DNA of 64,000 bases from Acidimicrobiales bacterium (GTDB taxonomy: Bacteria > Actinomycetota > Acidimicrobiia > Acidimicrobiales > JADJXE01), in assembly GCA_016716005.1 (NCBI GenBank), contig JADJXE010000001.1:1615011-1679010 (forward strand). The letters are read 5' to 3'. The notes beneath the pieces were generated by a model that was not told the origin of the DNA, did not search any database, and worked only from the letters and a program-made list of their open reading frames with translations. Positions 20,026 to 28,443 of this stretch are shown here, one piece after another. Within the stretch, counting starts at the first letter, position 1; every line of letters starts with the position of its first letter. The translations under genes and the position numbers were made by a program.

Positions 20026-20457
20026 TCAGGACCGGTCGAGCCAGACCTGGAGGGTCTCCGTCGTCCAGGTTCCGACGCCGGTTCCGAGGAAGTCGTTGTC
20101 GTTGGTCCAGATGTCCGCCGACAGCGCGAGGGCGGTGGCGACCACTGGCCAGTCGGCCGGGTCCCGGAGCGACCGCGCTCGCGCTTCGTCTTCGAGCGCC
20201 GAGTAGATCGCCTCGTCGAGGACCACGACGTTGGCCTCGACCGCGTCGAGGCACAGCTGCGAGAGCTCCTCGCCGACCGCCGGCGCGAGTCCCCGGCGGC
20301 GGATGAAGGCTGCGATGCGACGGGGCAGCTCAACTCGCGCCTCAGCCCACATCTGCTCGGGCAGGAACAGCTCGGGGCGGTCGTCGCCGAGACGTTCGCG
20401 GCCGGCTCGGCGCAGCAGCTCGCCGACGAGGACGCTGGTGTCGACGACAAGACGCAT
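20026..20457 (-). CDS. vapC: PIN-domain toxin VapC
   Basis: 143 aa. MRLVVDTSVLV N-terminus and WTNDNDF near the C-terminus. One-nt overlap with the upstream antitoxin. Confidence 0.85.
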   Translation of the reverse strand: MRLVVDTSVLVGELLRRAGRERLGDDRPELFLPEQMWAEARVELPRRIAAFIRRRGLAPAVGEELSQLCLDAVEANVVVLDEAIYSALEDEARARSLRDPADWPVVATALALSADIWTNDNDFLGTGVGTWTTETLQVWLDRS

Positions 20458-20705
20458 CAGCGCCGGCGTCGCGGGCGGGCCACCTCGCCGACGAGCTCGT
20501 CCTCGTCCACCCCGGCGGCACCGAGCACGTCGTCGACGGCTGCGCCGAGCCGGCCGAGGGCCTTGCGCCCGGCCTTGCGGTCCTTGGCCGCGATCGGGAC
20601 GTAGAAGCCGATCGGCTCGCCATGTCGCTCGATGACCAGCGTCTCACCGGCGCCCATCATCGACGTGGCGTGATCACGGAACTCTCGGACGCCGACTGAC
20701 CGCAT
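20457..20705 (-). CDS. vapB: Phd/YefM-type antitoxin (VapB)
   Basis: 82 aa. MRSVGVREFRDHATSMM...ETLVIERHGEPIGFYVP is the typical antitoxin N-terminus. Confidence 0.75.
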   Translation of the reverse strand: MRSVGVREFRDHATSMMGAGETLVIERHGEPIGFYVPIAAKDRKAGRKALGRLGAAVDDVLGAAGVDEDELVGEVARPRRRR

Positions 20706-20948
20706 CGCTCACCTCCCGCGGTTGTGGACACGAGTGTAGCCACAACGCCGGGCGTCGGGCGGGCTGTTGCCAGGCGGCCCGCGAGGGCTGCCCGGGGCGG
20801 CAGGAGCACCTGGACACGACGAGGACCACCCCGTCCCAACCGTCGAGCCTCCAACGACCCAGGGTTCCTGTCTGACTGGCTGGACCGCAGACGCCCACAT
20901 GGCCGTGGCCGCCCACGACGTCCCTGGCGCCCTCGGTCGCGAGCGCGG

Positions 20949-22271
20949 TCAGTCGACGCGCCGGATCGGCGGCATCGCGTAGGTCCCGTCGAGCACGCTG
21001 TCCCCCGGTACGTACATGCGCAGTATCGGACGGAAATCACCCGGTGGGGTTGGCAGCCAGTTCGCTGCCTCGTCGCCTTCTGGTGCTTCGGTCTGCATGA
21101 GGATCGTGATCGAGCCGTCATCGTCGTAGCGGAGCCCAGGCGTGCGGTCGCCGATCGAGTACCGGTCGATGGGGTTGTCGACGAGGTAGTAGGTCGGTGT
21201 GTCGTACATGGTGAGCGACCAGAACGCCTTGGCGGGCGGCGGCGGCTCGAAGGTCACCTCGTAGCGGTGAGCGCCGTTGAGCGTGTCGCCGTTCACGTCG
21301 TGGTGCACGAGCTCGTAGTCGGCTTCGTAGCCGTGGTTGCCCCACAGCCCGGCGCGGGCCGCCACGGCGCGGCTGACGTAGGCCTTCCTGCGGTCGTCGA
21401 TCCTCCACTCGGGAGTGTCGATGGTGCCGGGGCCGAGCCGGTCGAGGTTGTAATCGAAGAGGTGGAGCGCCGAGGTCCATGCGCCGGGCGGGGTGTCACC
21501 GCCGGCGGCGAGGGCCTCGACCAGCGCCTTTCCCTGGGCTTCTCCCTCCTTCAGCACGGAGATCAGGTCCGAGGGGAGATCCGACAGCGTGGCGGCGTCG
21601 GTCAAGCCCGCCTGGGTGGCGATGTCGACGAACTCGGTGTCGGCGGCCGGCGGTGGGAACGCTGCCAGATAGGTGCGGAAGCGCTCCCAGAAGACGAGGT
21701 CGTCGGCAACGGTGGTGTCGTAGCCGGGTGCGCCGCCACCATCCGTCGTGCCAGGGGCGGGGGTGAGGGTGAACTGGTCCTGGACGGTGTGGACGGCGGC
21801 GAGGTCCGCCTCGCCGTCGACCTGGACGCGCCCCACGATCACCGCCAGGGTGCTCGGCACCTCGATCGGCGTGACGCCGCCGGGGATCGGGCCGTCGTGG
21901 CCGGCGGGGACGAGGAGCCAGTCGGCGGCCGCGGTGCCCGTGGCGCGCTGGCCGACGTAGGCGAAGTTGTTCGACCAGGCGTCGACGAGCTGCAGCACGT
22001 AGTAGCGGTCGCCGGTGTCGGGGGTGTGCAGCAGGAGCGGGCCGCCGCTCATGTCCAGCGCCGCGACGACGTAGAGGGTGTCGTTGTTCGGGCTGACGAA
22101 CTCAGCCTCGGGGCCGAGGAGGTCGCGGGCGCCGTTGAAGGTGTTGAACGGCGCCGCCCTCGGGAACAGGGTCGTGCGGCCATCGGTGAGCTTGAGGATC
22201 TCGTCGGTGCAGTAGACGAGCGGGTAGCCGTAGATGTAGAGCTCGGCCGCCGCCTGCGCCTCGATCGTCAT
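20949..22271 (-). CDS. DUF1254 + DUF1214 two-domain protein
   Basis: 440 aa. ELYIYGYPLV, SPNNDTLYVVAALDM...DRYYVLQLVDAWSNNF, FWSLTMYD, RMYVP. Confidence 0.85.
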   Translation of the reverse strand: MTIEAQAAAELYIYGYPLVYCTDEILKLTDGRTTLFPRAAPFNTFNGARDLLGPEAEFVSPNNDTLYVVAALDMSGGPLLLHTPDTGDRYYVLQLVDAWSNNFAYVGQRATGTAAADWLLVPAGHDGPIPGGVTPIEVPSTLAVIVGRVQVDGEADLAAVHTVQDQFTLTPAPGTTDGGGAPGYDTTVADDLVFWERFRTYLAAFPPPAADTEFVDIATQAGLTDAATLSDLPSDLISVLKEGEAQGKALVEALAAGGDTPPGAWTSALHLFDYNLDRLGPGTIDTPEWRIDDRRKAYVSRAVAARAGLWGNHGYEADYELVHHDVNGDTLNGAHRYEVTFEPPPPAKAFWSLTMYDTPTYYLVDNPIDRYSIGDRTPGLRYDDDGSITILMQTEAPEGDEAANWLPTPPGDFRPILRMYVPGDSVLDGTYAMPPIRRVD

Positions 22272-22489
22272 GTCAGTTCACGTCCCCTTGTGCGCCACCT
22301 TCGATCTCACCGAGTGATCCCAGAGGCGACGTCGCCGTCGAATCTCGCACCGAATGATCAGCCGGAGCACCATCACCCACCGCGCTGTTCTCGCGGGTCG
22401 TCAAGGCCTTCCGGTCGTCGAGGATCTCCCGTCTCGGTCGCCCTGACGGACCGTGGCGGGTGAGCGCCAGGACTGCATGACTCGCCACG

Positions 22490-22604
22490 CCGAGTGGTGA
22501 GCCATCAGCTCGCACGTTCGGACGACGGCGGACTCCTCGCCGAGTTCACCATCAACCCGACCAAGGACTACCAACCCCAGAAACGACCCGGACAACGTGC
22601 ATGA
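22490..22604 (+). pseudogene. possible IS481-like transposase C-terminal remnant
   Basis: Hand translation gives ...VVSHQLARSDDGGLLAEFTINPTKDYQPQKRPGQRA*. From memory, the 'ellrel-t-i-dPt-rdYQP' tail is typical of IS481-type transposases; not verified. Confidence 0.3.
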
Positions 22605-22656
22605 GTTGTACGGGATGCCACGCGACACCCGTCCGGGATGTCTCGCGACACAACAT

Positions 22657-22710
22657 TGGTGGCGGGGGCAGGATTTGAACCTGCGACCTTCGGGCTATGA
22701 GACAGACGAG
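22657..22710 (-). repeat. displaced 3' portion of an initiator tRNA-Met gene (att-site direct repeat), with encoded CCA
   Basis: 22660-22710 matches 29824-29874 at 46/51 positions (hand alignment), covering discriminator base, acceptor 3' strand, T-arm, variable loop and anticodon loop. No 5' acceptor strand, and the anticodon stem does not pair. Confidence 0.7.
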
Positions 22711-22816
22711 GCGTATCCCAGCCCGCACCTGGGCGTCCCGTGCAGTACCTCTGAGCTGGCGTTTCGCGCTGCTGCACTCCCCGAACGTACCGCCTCGTAC
22801 CACTCCGTCACTCGGA

Positions 22817-22838
22817 GAAGTGTAGAAGAAGTGTAGAA
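22817..22838. repeat. 11-bp tandem direct repeat x2 (gaagtgtagaa), AT-rich
   Basis: Read directly. Sits about 110 nt inside the island's tRNA-fragment end. Confidence 0.7.
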
Positions 22839-22863
22839 GTCCGACGTCAGTTGGCTGGGCACG

Positions 22864-23109
22864 TCAGGCCACCGTCCGGTCGAGTAGATGGCGGTTCTTC
22901 GCGACCGACCCGGGCAGGATCGCGAAGTGGACCTGGCCGTCGTCGTCGACGGCGACGACCCGCACGACAGCCTTGGCCTTGGAGTTGCCAGCAAGCAGCA
23001 TCGCTCCAGGGCGGACGCGATCGGGTGCCGCGGCGTCGGCGAGGGTGGACCAGCCGAGGCCGTCGTCGTCCTGGTCGTTGAGGTCGGCGATGAGGTCGAG
23101 ATCATCCAT
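22864..23109 (-). CDS. hypothetical 81-aa protein (third gene of XRE module)
   Basis: MDDLDLIADLNDQDDDGLGW...VAVDDDGQVHFAILPGSVAKNRHLL. 17 nt downstream of the 126-aa gene. A decayed copy of its C-terminus lies at 23885..24012. Confidence 0.6.
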   Translation of the reverse strand: MDDLDLIADLNDQDDDGLGWSTLADAAAPDRVRPGAMLLAGNSKAKAVVRVVAVDDDGQVHFAILPGSVAKNRHLLDRTVA

Positions 23110-23126
23110 GGGTCACGTCGGTTCGG

Positions 23127-23507
23127 TCAGTCCTCATGGTACGGGTTGAGCCAGCTGCGATGCTCGCAGGCTTCGAGCGCCTCCACGCCGCCGTCGAGAT
23201 CGTCGAAGGCGACGATGAAATGCCTGGGGTTGCGACCAGTGGGCTCGAGTCGAAAGCCCGCTGCGAGGAGGGTTCCCGCCCGGACGAGCGTCAGGACCTC
23301 GAAGCGCACCAGCGGGGCCTGCTGCGCCAGCTCATCGACGGTGGCGTCACGAGCTGCGAACACCGAGACCCCGTACTCGCCGTACACGGCGTGATAGCGC
23401 AAGGCGTCTGCCCGTACGACGTCAGGATCGAGTTCGCCGCCACGGATGATGACGGTGTCGTCGTCATCGAGATGATCCCCCGGTCGGATATGACGTTGCT
23501 TCGTCAC
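23127..23507 (-). CDS. hypothetical 126-aa protein (second gene of XRE module)
   Basis: MTKQRHIRPGDHLDDDDTVIIRGGELD...YGVSVFAARDATVDEL...RNPRHFIVAFDDL. Good GC3 bias. Family not recognised. Confidence 0.7.
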   Translation of the reverse strand: MTKQRHIRPGDHLDDDDTVIIRGGELDPDVVRADALRYHAVYGEYGVSVFAARDATVDELAQQAPLVRFEVLTLVRAGTLLAAGFRLEPTGRNPRHFIVAFDDLDGGVEALEACEHRSWLNPYHED

Positions 23508-23539
23508 GCGCGCGCTCCTTGCGCTCGGCCGTCAGCGGA

Positions 23540-23860
23540 TCAGACGATCTGGACGCCGTGCTCGATTCTGGCGGGGGCCTTCTCAGGGAACGACACGACG
23601 AGGTGCCGATCGACCGCGACCGCGAGCCGGGCAAGGGTGTCAAGACGGTTGCGCGCTCCACCACCTTCCTCGAGGCGCGAGATCACCGACTGGGTGGTAC
23701 CCATCCGCTCGGCGACCTCGCGTTGGCTGAGGCCTGCCGCGGATCGAAGGTCGAAGATGAGCTGGCCGAGGGCGAGGTCCTGCTCGGAGCGGGCCCGGGC
23801 CTCGGCGTCGAGCCGACGGGGCTTCCGCTTGATGTCGTCCCAGCGGGAGTGGTTGGCCAC
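23540..23860 (-). CDS. XRE-family helix-turn-helix transcriptional regulator
   Basis: 106 aa, GTG start. HTH LSQREVAERMGTTQSVISRLEEG. Confidence 0.8.
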   Translation of the reverse strand: MANHSRWDDIKRKPRRLDAEARARSEQDLALGQLIFDLRSAAGLSQREVAERMGTTQSVISRLEEGGGARNRLDTLARLAVAVDRHLVVSFPEKAPARIEHGVQIV

Positions 23861-23884
23861 TCTCCGAATATCGCATCCGGGCGA

Positions 23885-24012
23885 TCATCGCACAAGGACG
23901 ATGATCGAGCCGTTCGCCACGAGCCTCCCGCGAACTCGACGCGAGGCGGTTCGGACGACCGTACCGGGCACGACCCCGAAGTGGATCTGGCCTTGAGCGT
24001 CGACGAGTAGAC
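23885..24012 (-). pseudogene. remnant of an 81-aa-protein paralogue (C-terminal about 40 codons)
   Basis: Hand translation gives ...LVDAQGQIHFGVVPGTVVRTASRRV...*. Compare VDDDGQVHFAILPGSVAKNRHLL. The frame runs into the response-regulator 3' end and has no start. Confidence 0.4.
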
Positions 24013-24014
24013 GA

Positions 24015-24692
24015 CTACCTCCGCGCTCCGCCATCGGACGGCCCGGAGTCATCTGCGAGACCGGCTTGGCGGGCGCGCACGATGGCTTCGGCCCGGTCGG
24101 CGAACTGCAGCTTCGTGAGGATGTTCGAAACGTGGTTCGCGACGGTCTTGGTGGCGAGTCCCAGTTGCCGGCCGATGACTGCGTTGTTGTGTCCGTCGGC
24201 CACGAGTTGGAGAACGGATCGCTCGCGATCGGTCAGTTCCGGGAACACGACCGGAGGGCTCTCGTGTGTCGAGAACCGTTCGAGAACGCGCTCAGCAGCT
24301 CCCGGGCCGAGTGTGACATGCCCGGCGGCGACCGATCGCAGGCAGTACAGCACGTCGGTCTGATCTGCGCCCTTGAGCAGGTATCCCCTCGCACCGGCCC
24401 GGAGCGCGGCGAACAAGGTGTCGGAGTCCTCGTACATGGTCAGGATGATCACCGCCACGCTGGGATGAGCCGCGGCGATGGCGCGGGTGGCCTCGATGCC
24501 GTTCACCGTCGGCATCTGCACATCCATGAGCACGATGTCGGGGAGCAGTTCGTCGGCCAACTCCACGGCTGTTTGACCATCGCCGGCTTCGCCGACCATC
24601 TCCATGTCATCCACCGTGTCGAGCAGGGCGCGCAGCCCCGAGCGCACGACGGCGTGGTCATCAGCTACCAGGACGCGGATCTGCGGGGTCAT
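24015..24692 (-). CDS. NarL/LuxR-family response regulator
   Basis: 225 aa. Receiver VLVADDH...DIVLMDVQMP, and a C-terminal LuxR HTH LTDRERSVLQLVADGHNNAVIGRQLGLATKTVANHVSNIL. Confidence 0.9.
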   Translation of the reverse strand: MTPQIRVLVADDHAVVRSGLRALLDTVDDMEMVGEAGDGQTAVELADELLPDIVLMDVQMPTVNGIEATRAIAAAHPSVAVIILTMYEDSDTLFAALRAGARGYLLKGADQTDVLYCLRSVAAGHVTLGPGAAERVLERFSTHESPPVVFPELTDRERSVLQLVADGHNNAVIGRQLGLATKTVANHVSNILTKLQFADRAEAIVRARQAGLADDSGPSDGGARR

Positions 24693-26686
24693 CGCTCGAC
24701 CGGGAACCTGGCAAGCACTCGACCTCCGCCCTGCGGCAACGGTCCGGTCGTGAGAGTTCCACCGACCTCGGCGGCACGTTCACGCATCGAGGACAAGCCG
24801 ACCCCGGGCGTCCACGCTGTCGTGGTGGTCCCGTCATCGATGACTTCGACCTCGAACGACCCGTTCGTGCGAAGTGACACCCTGGCGTTCTGTGCGCGCG
24901 CGTGTCGAGCGGTGTTCGTGAGCGCCTCTGTTGCGATGCGGTACGCGGCGACCTCGACAGCGGCCGGGAGTGCGCCCACCGTGCCGTCGTCCTGCACCAC
25001 CACCGAAATCGCCGGGAATCGGCTGGCGTGCTGACGGATCGATCCCGCGAGCCCCAGGTCGTCGAGCGCGGGCGGGCGCAGACCGTCCACGACCCGCCGG
25101 ACCTCCGCAAGCGCGTCGGTCAGCTCGCCCCGAGCGGTCGCCAGCAACTCATCGGCACGATCGGGGTCAGCACTGATCGTGTTTCGGGCAGCATCGATCG
25201 TGAAGGCGATCCCAGTGAGGCCCGGGCCCAGCCCGTCGTGCAGGTCACGTCGGAGTCGCCGGCGCTCCTCCTCACGCACCTGCACCACTCGATCCCGGCT
25301 GGCCCGGAGCGCAGCGGTCGTGGCGGCCGCATCGACGACCCCGGCGATCTGCGGGGCGAGACGTTCGAGGGCTTGGACGTCAGCCAGGTGCAGTTGATCC
25401 TCACCGCGACGAGCGCCGGCCTCCAACACCCCGACCAACCGACCGCGGTGGGTGAGATCCACGTGCACCACATCCCCCTCGATCTGGTGCACCGGAGTCG
25501 GCTGCTGCTGACCAGCTCTGGCAAGTGCCTCGCGATGGCCGGTCGTGCGCACCACGACGTGATCGAGGCGTAGGCGAGCAGCGATCTCCTCGATCACATC
25601 GGACAACATCTCCTCTGGCGGCCCGGGGTCAGCCGCTCGCCGGGCGACCGCTTCCACCACGTCCTGGGGTCGGTCCCGGTCGCCGAAGACGAACCGGGCC
25701 GTTGCTCGGCTGAGCACATCTCGGATCGGCAACGCGGCCAACGCCACCGAAACCGCCACCACCGCCGGAACGGCGCGCTCGAACAGCACGTCGGAGAGAG
25801 CCACCAGCGCCACGTAGAGGACCAGGAGCAGCCCGGTGAGCAGGGAGTAGGCCAGCGCCCGCTCCAGCACCGTGTCGATCCCGAAGACGCCATGACGCAA
25901 CACGACCGCGATCAGGGCGAGCAACAGGAGCGACGTGATGACCTGGGCGGCCCCGACGCCCGGACCGAGTCCGACCACGAATGGCACTGCCAGCCCAGCG
26001 GCCGCGAACACGACCACGGCGCGCATCGCTGCACGGGTCTCCGCCGAGCAGCGGCGCCATCGCACCCAGGCAACCCAAAGGCAGGTGACTGCTGTGGGGG
26101 CGATCAAGAGGAATGGGACGAACCCTGGAATCGACAGTCCGCCGGCCAAGGGGTTGGTGCGGTCACCGAAGTCAGAACCAGATACGTCGAGCTCGGTCAC
26201 CATGGTGACCCCGACAGCGAGCACCGGCGCGGCAACCGAGAAGATGGCGGGCCACCGCAAGTACCCCTTGGGCAGACGCGCGTCCGGCAGCGTGACCACC
26301 ATCCAGTTGAGCACGATCACCTCCACGGGGAGCGTCCACGACACCAGCCACACCGCGACGTCTGCACCCGGCAGCGCCGGGTCTACGGCAATTGACTGGA
26401 CCGCCCACCCAAACCCAGCCATGGCCAGCGCGTGAGACAGCGCAGCGCCCGCACTCAGCAACGACCAACCGATCTCAGGACGCCTCAGCAGGATGATCGC
26501 CGCCGCCGACCACACCACAGCGGCGGCGCCCTGCACCCACACGAAGGCTCCGGTCGGCTCAGGTACCGCTCCGTCGAAGTCGATGCCGACGTGCAGGGCG
26601 TCAAGCCACACCCCGGCGGCGAGCACCAGCGCAGTGGGCACGAGCAGCGCGACAGTGATGCTCCGCGAAACCCGAGCCCTCATCAA
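24689..26686 (-). CDS. sensor histidine kinase (HisKA_3 type) with large polytopic N-terminal sensor region
   Basis: 665 aa. About 300 aa of TM helices, H-box RRLRRDLHDGLGPGL, and an HATPase C-terminus. 4-nt overlap with the regulator. Confidence 0.85.
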   Translation of the reverse strand: MMRARVSRSITVALLVPTALVLAAGVWLDALHVGIDFDGAVPEPTGAFVWVQGAAAVVWSAAAIILLRRPEIGWSLLSAGAALSHALAMAGFGWAVQSIAVDPALPGADVAVWLVSWTLPVEVIVLNWMVVTLPDARLPKGYLRWPAIFSVAAPVLAVGVTMVTELDVSGSDFGDRTNPLAGGLSIPGFVPFLLIAPTAVTCLWVAWVRWRRCSAETRAAMRAVVVFAAAGLAVPFVVGLGPGVGAAQVITSLLLLALIAVVLRHGVFGIDTVLERALAYSLLTGLLLVLYVALVALSDVLFERAVPAVVAVSVALAALPIRDVLSRATARFVFGDRDRPQDVVEAVARRAADPGPPEEMLSDVIEEIAARLRLDHVVVRTTGHREALARAGQQQPTPVHQIEGDVVHVDLTHRGRLVGVLEAGARRGEDQLHLADVQALERLAPQIAGVVDAAATTAALRASRDRVVQVREEERRRLRRDLHDGLGPGLTGIAFTIDAARNTISADPDRADELLATARGELTDALAEVRRVVDGLRPPALDDLGLAGSIRQHASRFPAISVVVQDDGTVGALPAAVEVAAYRIATEALTNTARHARAQNARVSLRTNGSFEVEVIDDGTTTTAWTPGVGLSSMRERAAEVGGTLTTGPLPQGGGRVLARFPVER

Positions 26687-26748
26687 CGCCGACCTGCCGT
26701 CTGACCCACCGCTCCAAAGGTGACACAGCCGACCACGACGGTCGACCG

Positions 26749-27267
26749 CTACCCCTGCCCGCTCCCACAGGCTTCGAAGCCCATCTCGGTCGCCATCGCC
26801 TCAACACTGGCGAAGGGATTCGACTGGTCGTCGAAGTAGCCCAAGCCCTGTTCCTCCACCACTTCCACGGCGTCGGCATGCGCCGCCACCAACGCATCCC
26901 AATCCTCTTGCAGATCGGCCGGCGGAGTCAGCGCCTCGAGGTCTGCCTGCTCGCCCCGCAGCTGAGCGAGCAGGGCGTCGTAGGTCGACTGCAACAGCGC
27001 CGGCGACGGCGCTCCGCCGCTGCTCGCCAACGGCCCGAAGATCTCCCCCATGGCGGAGCCGGACTCCACGCAGATGGCATTGACCTCATCAACGAACGCC
27101 GCCTCGGAGCCTGCCGGTGAGGTACCAGAACTGCTCGAGGCACCCGAGGTGCTCGGAGCACCCGAGGTGCTGCTTGTGGTCGAAGAGCCGTCGCCGTCGT
27201 CGCCGCAACCGGTGACGACCAGGAACGAGACAGCAAGAACAGCAAGGAGGGAACGAGTCGATCTCAT
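26749..27267 (-). CDS. lipoprotein, unknown function
   Basis: Internal ATG at 27267 (MRSTRSLLAVLAVSFLVVTGCGDD...) of ORF 26749..27363. Lipobox VTGC and a Ser/Thr-rich linker. Confidence 0.65.
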   Translation of the reverse strand: MRSTRSLLAVLAVSFLVVTGCGDDGDGSSTTSSTSGAPSTSGASSSSGTSPAGSEAAFVDEVNAICVESGSAMGEIFGPLASSGGAPSPALLQSTYDALLAQLRGEQADLEALTPPADLQEDWDALVAAHADAVEVVEEQGLGYFDDQSNPFASVEAMATEMGFEACGSGQG

Positions 27268-27499
27268 GACGCCGATCGTCACCCATGCCGCTTCCCGAGC
27301 GGAAGGGACCGGGTTCCCGCCAGACCCGGGAGATCTGCGCTCGGTCCACGCGATCGGCCACACGGTTCCTGCCCTGGAACTTCGACCCCTCGACGATCCG
27401 ATCCCGCGGCGCGTCGACTCATCAGCGGGAGATCGAGTGTTCTACCGATTGTTCCTCCGAGGTCCCGACCACCGGGATCGCGCCTGAAGGAGGCACACC

Positions 27500-27682
27500 A
27501 TGAAGGGATACGTCGCACAACGCCGAGGCCGGTTCTACGCGGTCATCTACGAGGGACGCGACCCGGTGACCGGCAAGGAGGTTCGCCGGTGGCATTCGGC
27601 TGGCACCGACCGGGCCAAGGCGGAGAAGCTCGCCGCGAAGCTGGCTGCCGCCGAGAACAAGCGGGTACGGGCCGTGGTGTAG
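27500..27682 (+). pseudogene. tyrosine integrase, N-terminal arm-binding fragment (60 codons then stop)
   Basis: gaaggagg SD plus ATG. MKGYVAQRRGRFYAVIYEGRDPVTGKEVRRWHSAGTDRAKAEKLAAKL is a typical actinobacterial integrase N-terminus. Truncated by a TAG. Confidence 0.7.
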
Positions 27683-27805
27683 CCACTAACGAGCGCGGCA
27701 GCGCAGCGTGTTCGACGATGCATCGCAACGCTGGACCGGCCGACGAAGTGATGGTCAGGTGACCTACGGGAATGCGGACAGATCGAGTGTCGCTCGTCAG
27801 CGGTC

Positions 27806-28150
27806 TCAGGGCGACAGCCCGGGCACCACGAGGAACGCCTCGTCCTCGCTGCCCGCGAAGACCTCGATGACGTCCACGCGGTCGAGGATGACCTGCAGGA
27901 CCGTCGCCGTCGAAGCGTTGCCCACGCGGAGCCACACCACCTTGGGCGGCGAGCCGAACAGGAAGGCGAGCTGACGGAAGTCCGAGTCCTTCGACACGAT
28001 GACGTAGTCGTGTGCGCGGGCGAACTCCCAGATCTCCCGGTCCGTGGCGGTCTCCAGGCCCAGGCCGGTGACGTGCTCGCTTTCCGGGAACACGTCGCGC
28101 AGGTGGCCGACCAGATGCCTTGACAGGTTCTGGTCGAACAGCAGCTTCAC
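27806..28150 (-). CDS. DUF5615-type PIN-like protein (putative toxin)
   Basis: 114 aa. MKLLFDQNLSRHLVGHL...VIVSKDSDF. 4-nt overlap with the DUF433 gene. Confidence 0.75.
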   Translation of the reverse strand: MKLLFDQNLSRHLVGHLRDVFPESEHVTGLGLETATDREIWEFARAHDYVIVSKDSDFRQLAFLFGSPPKVVWLRVGNASTATVLQVILDRVDVIEVFAGSEDEAFLVVPGLSP

Positions 28151-28443
28151 GCCGTGGCGAGACGCCGCTCACGCAACGCCGCGAACTCGAGGGCGGCACG
28201 GACGTGCTCCCCGGACAACTCGGGGAAGTCCGCCACGATCTCCTCCGCCGTCATCCCCGACGCCAAGTACTCCAACACGTCGTACACCGTGATCCGCGTA
28301 CCCACGAAGCACGGCTTGCCGCTGCGCACCCCCGGACGGGTCTCGATCACCGACGTCACATCCACCGCCCCAACCGTACCTCCACCAGGCGCGTACCGGC
28401 TCGAACGAAGCCAGCACTCCTCGTCGTCAGCAACGACGTCCAT
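28147..28443 (-). CDS. DUF433-type protein (putative antitoxin)
   Basis: ...RSGKPCFVGTRITVYDVLEYLASGMTAEEIVADFPELSGEHVRAALEFA. The start may be internal. Confidence 0.75.
   Translation of the reverse strand: MDVVADDEECWLRSSRYAPGGGTVGAVDVTSVIETRPGVRSGKPCFVGTRITVYDVLEYLASGMTAEEIVADFPELSGEHVRAALEFAALRERRLATA

Noticed and set aside
22657-22735. A possible second complete tRNA, or a tmRNA 3' end, because the sequence ends in ...CCCCGCCACCA
   Set aside because: Only the 3' half aligns to the tRNA. The would-be anticodon stem (TCTGT/CCCGA) and D stem do not pair. No GGCGGGG 5' acceptor strand occurs within several hundred nt, and there is no tmRNA-like 5' end or tag reading frame.
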